Source: Longimicrobiales bacterium (GTDB lineage Bacteria; Gemmatimonadota; Gemmatimonadetes; Longimicrobiales; Gaopeijiaceae). From it: a stretch of DNA of 64,000 bases. Below, piece by piece: positions 29,008-38,703 of this stretch. Position numbers and translations under genes: made by a program. Under the pieces are notes generated by a model. That model had not been told where the DNA came from. It made no database searches and saw only the letters and a list, made by a program, of their open reading frames with translations. Where the stretch lies: NCBI GenBank assembly GCA_965218295.1, contig CBDCKN010000014.1, positions 96,001-160,000 on the forward strand. The letters are read 5' to 3'. Positions within the stretch are counted from its first letter, which is position 1; each line of letters opens with the position of its first letter.

Positions 29008-30294
29008 ATGGTACGAATCGCCGAGATCGAAGCCGGCAGCATTGCGGACGAACTCCACCTCGAGATCGGGACGCGCATCGTCCGGATCAACGGGCAGCGA
29101 GTCCGCGACGGCATCGATCTGACCTTCCTCCTGGCGGAGAGCGCCCTCGAGCTCGAGACCGTGAACCCGCACGGGGATGCGGTCTGCTACGAGATCGAGC
29201 GCGAGCCGGGGGAGCCCGTCGGCATCATCCCGGCACCCGACACGATTCGTGAATGTGCGAACAAGTGCGTGTTCTGCTTCATCGATGGGAATCCCAAGGA
29301 TGTGCGTGACACACTCTGGCTCAGGGACGACGATTTCCGGCTCTCGTTTACGTACGGGAGCTACGTGACGCTCACGAACCTGGGTCCCAGGGGGATGGAG
29401 CGCCTGGTTGAGCAACGGATCAGCCCGCTCTACGTGAGCGTGCACGCTACGGAGCCCGAGGTACGTGAGCGTTTGCTGGTCAACGAACGGGCCGGCCTCA
29501 TCATGGAGCAGCTCCGGTTTCTGCTCAAGGGCGGACTCGAGGTCCATACCCAGGTCGTGCTCTGTCCCGAGTGGAACGACCGTGAGCACCTGGACCGCAC
29601 CATCGACGACCTCTACGCGCTGGGGGAGGGCGCTCGGTCATTGTCGGTCGTGCCAGTGGGGCTCACGAAGTACAATCTGGGCCGCCCGGTCCGGCTCCTG
29701 ACACGGGAAGAGGCCTTGGCGGCCATCGGACAGGTGGATCGCATTCGGCAACGGGCCCTTGAGGAGCGGGGCCGAGGTTGGTGCTACGCTGCCGACGAGA
29801 TGTACTTGATCGCCGGCGGCGATTTTCCCCCGGACGAATACTACGACGAGGCCTCCCTCACGGAGAACGGGGTGGGTGCTATGAATCGCTTCGTGCGCGA
29901 GTTCGAGAAGGGACTGCCCCACGCGCCGGCCCTTCCGGGGCGTACGCTTCGCATCGTCACCGGACTGTCGATGGAGGGGCTGTTCCGGGAGAGGGCGCCG
30001 CGCCTGGCTGAGGCCACCGGAGCCCAGGTGGACGTGATCGGCGTGGTGAACGATTTCTACGGTGACAGCGTGACGATAGCCGGACTCCTCGGCGGTCGGG
30101 ACATCGTACAGGCCGTGGGCGACACACGGGAAGACGAGCTAATGCTCCTGCCGGCCGAGGCGCTCAACGCCGATGACCTGTTCGTCGACAGCCTGCCGCT
30201 GGGAGAGGTTCGAGCCGCCCTGGCACCGGCGGACGTCGTGACCGGGTACGACCTCCTCGAGTGCCTCGGAAGCCTCTCGCAAGCGCACGCATGA
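29008..30294 (+). CDS. DUF512/PDZ putative Fe-S (radical-SAM-like) protein
   Basis: PDZ-like start, CANKCVFCFID, DDDFRLSF, ENGVG, AGLLGGRD; located upstream of der. Confidence 0.88.
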   Translation: MVRIAEIEAGSIADELHLEIGTRIVRINGQRVRDGIDLTFLLAESALELETVNPHGDAVCYEIEREPGEPVGIIPAPDTIRECANKCVFCFIDGNPKDVRDTLWLRDDDFRLSFTYGSYVTLTNLGPRGMERLVEQRISPLYVSVHATEPEVRERLLVNERAGLIMEQLRFLLKGGLEVHTQVVLCPEWNDREHLDRTIDDLYALGEGARSLSVVPVGLTKYNLGRPVRLLTREEALAAIGQVDRIRQRALEERGRGWCYAADEMYLIAGGDFPPDEYYDEASLTENGVGAMNRFVREFEKGLPHAPALPGRTLRIVTGLSMEGLFRERAPRLAEATGAQVDVIGVVNDFYGDSVTIAGLLGGRDIVQAVGDTREDELMLLPAEALNADDLFVDSLPLGEVRAALAPADVVTGYDLLECLGSLSQAHA

Positions 30295-31607
30295 GTAGGA
30301 CCTTGCCGGTGGTAGCCGTGGTGGGCAGGCCCAACGTGGGAAAGTCCACCTTTTTCAATCGCGTGATCGGCGGGCGCGTCGCCATCGTTGACGAGCGGCC
30401 CGGTGTCACGCGGGATCGGAATTTCAGCAAGGCCGACTGGGCCGGTCATCACTTCTACGTGGTCGATACCGGAGGCGTGATCGAGGGCAGTGACGAGCCC
30501 TTGGATCGGGCGATTCGAGAGCAGGCATACGCTGCCGTGGCCGAGGCCCACGTCATACTCTTCCTCGTGGACGGCAAGGCCGGCGTCCATCCTCTGGACG
30601 AGCGCCTTGCGGAGATCCTCAGGAAGAGCGGCCCCCCCGTGCTGCTCGTCGTGAACAAGATGGACAACCTTCCCCGGGACCAGAGTCATCTGGACCTCTG
30701 GAGCCTGGGCATGGGCGAGCCAATTCCCGTGAGTGCCCTTTCAGGAAAAGGCTCGGGCGACCTCCTGGATGCCGTGGTGGCCAGTCTTCCAGGGCAGGAG
30801 GACGTGGATGAGGAGGAGGGCGTGATCCGGGTAGCCGTGGTTGGAAAGCCGAACGTCGGGAAGTCGAGTTTCGTGAACCGGCTCTTCGGGGAAGATCGGG
30901 TGGTGGTGAGTGAGGTGCCCGGCACGACCCGGGATCCGGTGGATTCACTTCTCCAGTATCACGGCAAGAACCTCGTTTTCGTGGACACGGCGGGGCTCCG
31001 CCGACAATCCAAGATCAAGGACTCGCTGGAGTACTATTCGGCCCTGCGGACGGCCAAGGTCGTGCGCGAAGCCGACGTGTGTCTCGTTCTCGTGGACGCC
31101 ACCGAGCCCATTCACGTGCAGGACCTCAAGGTGGTCGAGCAGGCCTGGGAGGCGGGCGCGGGAGTGATCCTCGTAGCCAACAAGTGGGATCTGGTCGAGA
31201 AGGATCACCAAACCGCCCCGCAGTTCGAGAAGGATCTGAAAGAGCGGGCACCTTTCCTTCGATGGATTCCGGCGGTCTTCACCTCCGCTCTATCCGGTCA
31301 ACGGGTCAGGAAGTGCCTCGACGTGATCCTCGAGGTCCAGGAGGAGCGGCACCGAAGGATCGCCACCGCCGACGTCAACGAGGCCCTGGCGGGACTGCTG
31401 CGCCACCAGCCACCTCCACACAGCCGGGGCCGTCGGGTGAAGATCCGATACGGGACGCAGGTCTCGGTCGCGCCTCCCACCTTCATCTTCTTCGCCAATC
31501 TCCCAAAGGCCCTTCCCGAGCACTACATTCGCTACGTCCACAACAACCTAAGAGATCGTTGGGGGTTCGTGGGGAGTCCCATCCGAGTCCGCTTCAGGGA
31601 GAACTGA
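30291..31607 (+). CDS. der: Ribosome biogenesis GTPase Der (EngA)
   Basis: Two G domains (GRPNVGKS, GKPNVGKS, DTGG/DTAG, NKMD/NKWD) and KH-like tail. Confidence 0.97.
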   Translation: MSRTLPVVAVVGRPNVGKSTFFNRVIGGRVAIVDERPGVTRDRNFSKADWAGHHFYVVDTGGVIEGSDEPLDRAIREQAYAAVAEAHVILFLVDGKAGVHPLDERLAEILRKSGPPVLLVVNKMDNLPRDQSHLDLWSLGMGEPIPVSALSGKGSGDLLDAVVASLPGQEDVDEEEGVIRVAVVGKPNVGKSSFVNRLFGEDRVVVSEVPGTTRDPVDSLLQYHGKNLVFVDTAGLRRQSKIKDSLEYYSALRTAKVVREADVCLVLVDATEPIHVQDLKVVEQAWEAGAGVILVANKWDLVEKDHQTAPQFEKDLKERAPFLRWIPAVFTSALSGQRVRKCLDVILEVQEERHRRIATADVNEALAGLLRHQPPPHSRGRRVKIRYGTQVSVAPPTFIFFANLPKALPEHYIRYVHNNLRDRWGFVGSPIRVRFREN

Positions 31608-31612
31608 CCTCC

Positions 31613-32230
31613 GTGAGTCCGTACGTCCTTCTCGCGCTGGCGTACGTCACCGGTGCGACCCCTACGAGCTACCTCGTCGGGAAGGGCGTGTACGGGACCG
31701 ACCTGCGGACCGAGGGAAGCGGGAACCTGGGAGGCACGAACGCATTCCGGGTGCTCGGCTGGAAGGCGGCGCTTCCGGTCATCGTGATGGACATCTTGAA
31801 GGGCTGGTTCCCCGTGTGGTACTTCCCACAGATCCATGGTGACGCGCCCTGGACGTGGGCTCTGGCATATGGCGGCGCGGCCATCGTCGGCCACGTGTGC
31901 TCCTTTTGGGTGGGCTTCAAGGGAGGGAAGGGGATCGCTACCAGCGGCGGCGTATTCATTGCGGTGGCGCCCATGGCGCTTCTCGCAGGTCTAGCGACCT
32001 GGCTGATGGTGGTGATCGGGACGCGCATCGCTTCCGTGGGCTCGCTGAGCGCAGCCTTGGTCGTGCCCGTGGTCGTCTACTTCACTCCGCACCAGGGTGG
32101 AGACATCACCTTTTGGTTCACAATAGGCCTGGCCCTGTTCGTGATCTGGTCCCACCGCTCGAATATCGGGCGGCTCCTCAGGGGTGAGGAGCAAGCGTTG
32201 CGGACACGGGAATCGGGAGGCTCGGCTTGA
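31613..32230 (+). CDS. plsY: Glycerol-3-phosphate acyltransferase PlsY
   Basis: GSGNLGGTNAFR, DILKG, FKGGKGIAT, HRSNIGRL. Confidence 0.95.
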   Translation: MSPYVLLALAYVTGATPTSYLVGKGVYGTDLRTEGSGNLGGTNAFRVLGWKAALPVIVMDILKGWFPVWYFPQIHGDAPWTWALAYGGAAIVGHVCSFWVGFKGGKGIATSGGVFIAVAPMALLAGLATWLMVVIGTRIASVGSLSAALVVPVVVYFTPHQGGDITFWFTIGLALFVIWSHRSNIGRLLRGEEQALRTRESGGSA

Positions 32231-33234
32231 CGCAGGTCGCCGTCGTGGGCGCCGGAAGCTGGGGCACGGCCTTGGCTGCACTTCTGGCCAAGAAAGGACA
32301 CGAGGTGCGGCTGTGGGCGTACGAGCCGGAGGTCGCTGAGGAGATTAAAGGGCTGGGCGAGAACCGAACTTACTTACCCGGCGTCAAGCTGCCCTTGAAC
32401 CTAGAGTGCACGACGGACATGGAGACGGCACTGGGTGACGCCGGCGTCGTGCTTTCGGTGAGCCCGTCCCAGTTCGTAGGCACCGTCATGGTTGAGGCGG
32501 CCGCCTATATGCGGGACGACGCCCTCGTGGTGAGCGCGTCGAAGGGGATCGAGACGTCCACGCTCCGACGAATGGACGAGGTCCTGTCGAGCGTCCTGGG
32601 TCGTGCCCAGATGGAGGGCTTCAGCGCTCTTTCCGGGCCGAGCTTCGCCGTCGAGGTGGCTCAAGAGGCGCCGACCGCCGTGGTGGTGGCCAGTAGCTCG
32701 GAGGAGGCGGCCCTCCAGGTACAGGACCTCTTCCAGACCGGGCACTTCCGTGTGTACACCGGGACCGACGTGGTTGGCGTGGAGCTGGGTGGAGCGCTCA
32801 AGAATGTCATCGCACTAGGGGCCGGGGTGACGGCGGGATTGGGCTTTGGACACAACACCCTGGCGGCCCTCATGACCCGAGGGTTGGCGGAGATTCGCAG
32901 GCTGGGAGTCGCCATGGGCGCTCAGGCGTCCACCTTCTCGGGCCTGGCCGGCATGGGAGACCTGGTCCTCACGTGCACGGGATCTTTGAGCAGGAACCGC
33001 ACAGTCGGGTATCGCCTCGGTCAGGGCGAGGCCCTCGAGTCGATCCTCGGCGACATGACGGCGGTGGCCGAGGGGGTCAGGACGGCCCAGGCCGTGCATG
33101 ATCTCGCCGAGCGTTACGGGGTAGAGATGCCCATCGCGGAAGAGGTCTACGGGATGCTGGTGTTAGGGACCGAGCCGAGACAGGCGCTGCAGAACCTCAT
33201 GGAGCGAGACCCGAAGCCCGAAGAGTGGTACTAG
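32227..33234 (+). CDS. gpsA: NAD(P)H-dependent glycerol-3-phosphate dehydrogenase
   Basis: GAGSWGTALA, SKGIE, LSGPSFA, GGALKNVIA, GDLVLTCTGSLSRN. Confidence 0.97.
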   Translation: MTQVAVVGAGSWGTALAALLAKKGHEVRLWAYEPEVAEEIKGLGENRTYLPGVKLPLNLECTTDMETALGDAGVVLSVSPSQFVGTVMVEAAAYMRDDALVVSASKGIETSTLRRMDEVLSSVLGRAQMEGFSALSGPSFAVEVAQEAPTAVVVASSSEEAALQVQDLFQTGHFRVYTGTDVVGVELGGALKNVIALGAGVTAGLGFGHNTLAALMTRGLAEIRRLGVAMGAQASTFSGLAGMGDLVLTCTGSLSRNRTVGYRLGQGEALESILGDMTAVAEGVRTAQAVHDLAERYGVEMPIAEEVYGMLVLGTEPRQALQNLMERDPKPEEWY

Positions 33235-33420
33235 CGTTCTTGGTTCAGCATCGCGGGCACCGCGCCCGAAGGCCGTGGTCCGAGGAGGAGGAACGCGAGG
33301 GCGGATGCATCGGTGCTCGAGCCGAGAGACCTTCATGCTCGTCGTGAGCGCCGAGTTGAACGCGAGACGATCGAGCGCAGCGAGATCAATGGCCGAGACA
33401 CTTCTGGGACACCACACTAG
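33231..33420 (+). repeat. MITE-like repeat copy B (long subtype, left part degenerate)
   Basis: CTAG at both ends; near-identical to the reverse complement of parts of 53633-53830; ends GGCCGAGACACTTCTGGGACACCACACTAG. Confidence 0.85.
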
Positions 33421-33434
33421 CGACAGGGGGAGTG

Positions 33435-33809
33435 ATGATGGATGAGCCCATCGCCAAGAAGGAGTACTACTCCATCGGTGAGGTTTGTGAGCTCACCGGC
33501 CTCAAGCCTCACGTCCTCCGGTACTGGGAGACGCAGTTCGAGCTCCTGCACCCCACCAAGAACCGGGCCGGTAACCGGGTATTCCGTCCCAAGGAGATCG
33601 AGCTGGTGCTCCTGGTGAAGCACCTGCTCTACGAGAAGAAGTTCACGATCGACGGGGCCCGGCAGAAGCTGCTCGACATGCGGCAGCGGGGCGAGATTAC
33701 GGAGAGCAAGAAGGACGTGGTGGACCAGGAATTCCTGGGCGGAATGAAGCAGGACCTGAATCACCTCAAGGAGGTTCTCACCGCCCCGCCGAGTCGGCTT
33801 CCGTCCTGA
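33435..33809 (+). CDS. MerR family transcriptional regulator
   Basis: YYSIGEVCELTGLKPHVLRYWETQF...FTIDGAR. Confidence 0.92.
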   Translation: MMDEPIAKKEYYSIGEVCELTGLKPHVLRYWETQFELLHPTKNRAGNRVFRPKEIELVLLVKHLLYEKKFTIDGARQKLLDMRQRGEITESKKDVVDQEFLGGMKQDLNHLKEVLTAPPSRLPS

Positions 33810-34558
33810 TGCGGATCCTCTGCACCAACGACGATGGATATTTGGCGTTGGGCATCCGCGTCTTGGCCTCGGCCGCCCGGAACTTCGGCGAGGTCACCAT
33901 CGTGGCCCCCGATCGCGAGCAGAGTGCCACGAGTCACTCGCTGACGCTTCATCACCCGCTCAGGGCCCGACGCTCCGCGGACGGCGCCCTGGTCGTAGAC
34001 GGGACGCCCACCGATTGCGTCATCCTAGCGGTGAACGAGCTTCTGGAGGCTCGGCCGGACATATGCCTCTCGGGTGTCAACCACGGCCCGAACATGGGCG
34101 AGGACGTGCTCTACTCGGGAACGGTGGCTGCCGCCATGGAGGCCACGGTCATCGGGATACCGGCCATTGCCATCTCGTATGCCGGTGACTTTTTCGAGGA
34201 TCTCGAGGCGTGGGAGCCGATTCTCGTGGAGCTTCTGAGAGGCATCGTCGACCAGGATGAGCTTCCAAAGGACACGTTGTTCAACGTGAACCTTCCTGGG
34301 GTGGATCCCGGCAACGTAAAAGGCATCCGCGTGACGTCCCTGGGGAAGCGGCGATACAGTGACAGCCTCACCCGAGCCCTCGATCCGTCGGGCAAGGAGT
34401 ATTACTGGATCGGCGGTGGCGAGATCAGCTGGAGTGGAGACGTGGACTCGGACTTCGGGGTGGTCCACGAGGGGTATGTGTCCGTGACGCCGCTCCACCT
34501 CGACCTGACCAACTACCGGCTCCTCGAGGAGATTCGTGGGTGGCAGCTGACTCTCTAG
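33809..34558 (+). CDS. surE: 5'/3'-nucleotidase SurE
   Basis: ILCTNDDG, QSATSHSLT, GTPTDCV, SGVNHGPNMG, YSGTVAAA. Confidence 0.97.
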   Translation: MRILCTNDDGYLALGIRVLASAARNFGEVTIVAPDREQSATSHSLTLHHPLRARRSADGALVVDGTPTDCVILAVNELLEARPDICLSGVNHGPNMGEDVLYSGTVAAAMEATVIGIPAIAISYAGDFFEDLEAWEPILVELLRGIVDQDELPKDTLFNVNLPGVDPGNVKGIRVTSLGKRRYSDSLTRALDPSGKEYYWIGGGEISWSGDVDSDFGVVHEGYVSVTPLHLDLTNYRLLEEIRGWQLTL

Positions 34559-35226
34559 ACGATCGAAGCTTCGCCGGCTACCGGCGCAAGCTCATCGAGG
34601 AGATCCGGGAGCACGGCATCGACGACCTGGAGATCCTCCACCTCTTCGACCAGGTGCCCCGCCACCTGTTCGTGCCCCAGGGCGTTTGGTCCAGAGCGTA
34701 CGAGGACGCCCCGATCCCCATCGGGTACTCGCAGACGGCTTCCCAGCCGTCGCTTCAGGCCCTTTACCTCTCGATCCTGAAACCCACCACCGACGAGACC
34801 GTGCTCGAGATCGGTACCGGAAGCGGGTATCTGACGGCCTTGTTGGCTCTGACGGCGAACCGCGTGTACTCGGTGGAGCGGGTACGGGAGCTCTCGGCGC
34901 GTGCGCGGGTGGCTCTGGACGAGCTACGTCTGAAGAACGTGGCCCTCATGGTGGGAGATGGGACGATCGGATGGAGGAAGTATGCTCCCTTCGACGTCAT
35001 CGTGGTGTCCGCCGCGTCCCCATCGATTCCCAAGGCCTTCCTGGATCAACTGGGCGAGGGAGGCCGCATGCTCATCCCTGTGGGATCGAGAGAACACCAG
35101 GAGCTCATCCTCGTTCGCCGAGAGGATGGAGAGATCCAGCAGGAGGTGATCCAGGGCGGGTGCACCTTCGTGCCGCTTCTCGGCCGGTTCGCGTGGGCTT
35201 CGGAGCATCCGGAGGCCGGCGCTTGA
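34540..35226 (+). CDS. pcm: Protein-L-isoaspartate O-methyltransferase
   Basis: VPRHLFV, QTASQP, VLEIGTGSGY, GDGTIGW, APFDVI; downstream of surE. Confidence 0.95.
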   Translation: MAADSLDDRSFAGYRRKLIEEIREHGIDDLEILHLFDQVPRHLFVPQGVWSRAYEDAPIPIGYSQTASQPSLQALYLSILKPTTDETVLEIGTGSGYLTALLALTANRVYSVERVRELSARARVALDELRLKNVALMVGDGTIGWRKYAPFDVIVVSAASPSIPKAFLDQLGEGGRMLIPVGSREHQELILVRREDGEIQQEVIQGGCTFVPLLGRFAWASEHPEAGA

Positions 35227-35843
35227 CCTCTCTTGTGGCCGAGAGGCGCAAGGGGCCCATCCGCAGACTCTACGACTGGGTGCTCCACTGGGCCGATACT
35301 CCCTACGGGCTACCCGCACTGGGTGCGCTTGCCCTGGCGGAGTCATCGGTCTTTCCCATCCCGCCCGATCCGCTGCTCATGGCGCTCTGCCTGGGTGCTG
35401 CGTCACGATCGCTCAGGTTCGCCGGGGTCGCCACGGCAGCTTCCGTCATCGGAGGCATGATCGGGTACGGGATCGGCTCGCTGGTCTGGCTCGGAGTGTC
35501 GGACTTCTTCTTCACGTACGTTCCGGGTGTCACGCCCGACGCGTTCGGCAGCGTCCAGAGCCTATACGAGCGGTGGGACTTCTGGGCCGTGTTCATGGCC
35601 GGACTCACGCCGATCCCCTACAAGGTCTTCACCATTTCGGCCGGTGTGTTCGCCATCAACTTCCCGGTCTTCGTGCTGGCCAGCGTCCTGAGCCGTGGAC
35701 TCAGGTTCTTCCTCGTTGCCGGCCTGATCTACCGGTTTGGATCGTCCATAAGCTCCTTTATCGACCGCTACTTCAGCCCCCTCACCTGGGCTTTCGGCTT
35801 TCTGGTGGTCTTGGGCTTCGTGCTCGTCGAGTTCGTTCTCTGA
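35223..35843 (+). CDS. YqaA/DedA (VTT domain) membrane protein
   Basis: RLYDWVLHWA, AESSVFPIPPDPLL, TPIPYKVFTI, SRGLRFF. Confidence 0.9.
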   Translation: MTSLVAERRKGPIRRLYDWVLHWADTPYGLPALGALALAESSVFPIPPDPLLMALCLGAASRSLRFAGVATAASVIGGMIGYGIGSLVWLGVSDFFFTYVPGVTPDAFGSVQSLYERWDFWAVFMAGLTPIPYKVFTISAGVFAINFPVFVLASVLSRGLRFFLVAGLIYRFGSSISSFIDRYFSPLTWAFGFLVVLGFVLVEFVL

Positions 35844-35936
35844 GAAATACGTTTGTTAGCAGGGTCGTGGGAGGCCTATATTGACTGTGTGGAGCAGCCC
35901 CCAGCTGCAAGGTCCCCAGTCGGTCGGAGAACTTCT

Positions 35937-36344
35937 ATGAGCGACGAGGCAGGATCCGAGCGGGAGATGATCGAGGCGGAGTCGACCAATGAGGACGGTC
36001 GCTTGACCGACGACGTCGAGATCCCGGAGGAAGCGTTCATCTCTCCGGACGAGCCCCTCGTTCGGGATAAGTTTCGAGATGCACTGATCTCTCCGGACGA
36101 GCCCATCGAACGAGGCGACGACGACGGTGGCGTCGTGGTGGGCATGGACGGAACGAGCGAGCACGAGTCGGTCCGCTTCTCCGGTGTGCATCTGGAGCCG
36201 GAGCAAATGGCCGCGGTCTTGGAGGACGTGGCGGCGGGGCTGAGGGAGCACGGGATCAACGGTCTTCGGCCGACGCCCGGCACGCCCCACTTCGAGAGCG
36301 TGCTCAAGGCCTATATCGCCGGATACTATTCGACTGACTACTGA
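35937..36344 (+). CDS. Acidic hypothetical protein
   Basis: RBS and coherent ORF with a duplicated ISPDEP motif. Confidence 0.6.
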   Translation: MSDEAGSEREMIEAESTNEDGRLTDDVEIPEEAFISPDEPLVRDKFRDALISPDEPIERGDDDGGVVVGMDGTSEHESVRFSGVHLEPEQMAAVLEDVAAGLREHGINGLRPTPGTPHFESVLKAYIAGYYSTDY

Positions 36345-36464
36345 CCGACTGGCTGGTGATCGACTGATTACTGATCGCCGGGGGCGTTGTCATGCCCCAG
36401 ACGGAATCGACCCTCGCGGCCTGGTGGCCCCGGGGGTCGACGCGTTGGTGCCGTCGCGGGCCTT

Positions 36465-37238
36465 ATGGAGCAAATGAGACCGATGATCGCGGTGGCGGCG
36501 CTGCTCGTGCTGGGGTTAGCGAGCCTTTTGAGCGCTCCTGCGGTCGGGCGCGCGCAGGAGGTGGTGCCGGACTGGCTGCTGAGCGTCCGTCTTCCGAACG
36601 CGGGCGCCAAGTCCGTCATGACTCCCACCGGATGGGGTGCGGCCTACGGCTCTATCTTCGCCGGCGCAGGGGTGTCCGAGCGGAATCCCTATCTGCCCAG
36701 TTCGGATGGCGTGATGGCGCTGGGCGTCGGGGTCGGGGATCCTGTGCTCAATGCCGGCCTCCAGCTTGGAGTTACGGTCTCCGACCTCAGCGAGTTTGAC
36801 AACTATGCATACTCGTTCAAGCTGCATCGCTACTTAGGGCGGGGAACCGCCATCGCAGTGGGTGGCGAGAGCCTGCTGACCGGTGGTCCCCTCGTCGATG
36901 ACTTAGGCGAGACGTTCTATCTGGTGGTGAGCCACGTCGTACAAGGGGTGGCATCGCCCCGCCCCGGTGTCGGCCGTCTCCACTTGAGCGCCGGCGTGGG
37001 GTCTGGGCGCTTTGCCAATAGGAGCCCCCGGGACACGTCGGAGGGGAAGGGTGAGAACGGGACCTGGGTGTTCGGCAACGCGGCCGTGGAAGTGGCGAAG
37101 GACCTGAACGTCCTCGTGGAGTGGAGCGGGATCAACCTCCATGCGGGCGTGAGCAAGGCGTTTCAGGTCGGCGACGTGGCGATCTCGCTTTCGTTGGCCG
37201 CTGCGGACTCGAGACGGCTCCCTGGAGGCGGATTTTGA
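36465..37238 (+). CDS. Secreted/outer-membrane beta-rich hypothetical protein, probably 3'-truncated
   Basis: Signal peptide (…AVGRAQ), amphipathic beta strands, abrupt non-homologous-looking end; start uncertain. Confidence 0.55.
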   Translation: MEQMRPMIAVAALLVLGLASLLSAPAVGRAQEVVPDWLLSVRLPNAGAKSVMTPTGWGAAYGSIFAGAGVSERNPYLPSSDGVMALGVGVGDPVLNAGLQLGVTVSDLSEFDNYAYSFKLHRYLGRGTAIAVGGESLLTGGPLVDDLGETFYLVVSHVVQGVASPRPGVGRLHLSAGVGSGRFANRSPRDTSEGKGENGTWVFGNAAVEVAKDLNVLVEWSGINLHAGVSKAFQVGDVAISLSLAAADSRRLPGGGF

Positions 37239-37338
37239 ACGCGGATCGGCGAGGGTCGGTGCTGATCGGCGAGTGCACATCAGACAACGGGGTGCATGTG
37301 CACCGAAACGCCATTTCCATGTGCGCGCCAGCGCTCCC

Positions 37339-37908
37339 TTATGTGGCTGGCTGTCTTACAGTTTCGTCTGAAGCGGGATCACCGACGATGAGCGGGGTGT
37401 CCCCGATCTCGCTTCGCAGGTAGTCGACCTGGTCGCGCTTCTCGCAGATCAGCACGACCTGTCTCCGGACCGACAGGAGCTCTCTGGTGGTGTAGGCAGC
37501 CGTATCTCCTGCCCCGCACACGATCAAGTGCCCCGACATGCTTGCGATGGTCTTCTCCAACTTCCGTCTCCTGAAGACGTGCCCGATCTGTCCCTCGACA
37601 ATGAAGGCCGTTGCGGTCGTGACAAGATAGAGCACGCCGCCCATCCCCACGAGAATGAGTAAGACCGTGAAGATCCGCCCGCCGGGACGGGCCGTCATGT
37701 CCACGATTTCACCAAACCCCACCGTGGTGAGGGTGATGGCCGTCATGTAGAAGGCATCCACCCAGCCGACGCCTGGGTCGATGACGCGATATCCGACGAT
37801 CCCCACGAGCATGACGGCGAGGATGAACAGTGCGGCGGAGCCCAGGCGGAGCCTCAGCTGTCGCAGATCCTCATCCAGTTCGGTGGGCGAGACGTCGTAT
37901 ACGTTCAA
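37339..37908 (-). pseudogene. Potassium channel (2-TM pore + TrkA-N), truncated
   Basis: DAFYMTAITLTTVGFGE filter, HLIVCGAG; ends at GDPASDETV midway through the RCK domain. Confidence 0.85.
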
Positions 37909-38067
37909 GATCTCGTGGGAGCAGAGGGACGGGCGGGGCGATCCTGGTCAGTGCCGCGTAAATCTGCCCCCCGGATCCGCCGAAAAGCAAGGAAGTCCGC
38001 CGTGTGTAGGTCCTGCGCTGGCGTATCATTGCCCCACCCCGACGACCAGGGCATGTTTCCGCACCTC

Positions 38068-38106
38068 GAGTGTTCCGATGCCGAGACTTTGGTAACGGAA
38101 CACCAG
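38068..38106. repeat. MITE-like repeat copy C (ends only)
   Basis: AGTGTTCCGATGCCGAGACTTTGGTAACGGAACAC: both termini fused with almost no interior. Confidence 0.65.
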
Positions 38107-38146
38107 ATCACAAGCAGACGCTCCAGAGCAAGGCACCGAGCATTGG

Positions 38147-38300
38147 CTCGTTCTCGATATCTGTCAGGTGGCCTGCTACTACAATTACGTCAACCGCCTG
38201 ACCGACGGACTGGGCCTCGAACTGGAGGCCAATTGGAGGGGAAGAGGACTACACCCTCACCAAGGCCGAATTCGAAGAGCAGCGAAGGACAGCGAATGAT
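38147..38300 (+). pseudogene. C-terminal remnant of an AhpD/peroxidase-related protein
   Basis: VLDICQVACYYNYVNRLTDGLGLELE; no 5' part. Confidence 0.6.
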
Positions 38301-38378
38301 CCGGAGGCGGGGACCCGCCCCTCCGGCGATGCGCCGGGGGGGGATGGTCCCTGGGACCGCGAGCGAGCGAGGAGTGCG

Positions 38379-38697
38379 ATGATCGAGCTCACGGGCCGCC
38401 ATGCTCGACGGAAGCGACGCGGTTGCCGACTGGCCCATTCTGAACGCTCTCCTGAATACGGCGTCGGGAGCGAGCTGGGTGTCGTTCCATCACGGCGGTG
38501 GCGTCGGCATCGGCAACTCGCTCCATGCCGGCCAGGTCCTGGTGGCCGACGGCTCGGCCGAAATGTCTGAGCGGATCCGTCGGGTACTCACCGACGATCC
38601 CGGTATCGGCGTCGTACGACACGCCGATGCGGGCTACCAGAAGGCGGTGGAGACCGCCGCGCGAGAGGGGCTTCTTATTCCAATGCAGGAGAGCTGA
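38379..38697 (+). pseudogene. hutU: Deletion fusion: probable hutH start (7 codons) plus last ~98 codons of urocanate hydratase
   Basis: AGGAG-MIELTGR, then out of frame [20 protein letters not shown]...HHGGGVGIG...[14 protein letters not shown]. Confidence 0.85.
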
Positions 38698-38703
38698 CAA
38701 CTC

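Noticed and set aside
28849..29589. Long N-terminal extension of the M23 ORF
   Set aside because: Overlaps the DUF512 gene in antisense; a lipoprotein-like start near 28848 is more plausible.
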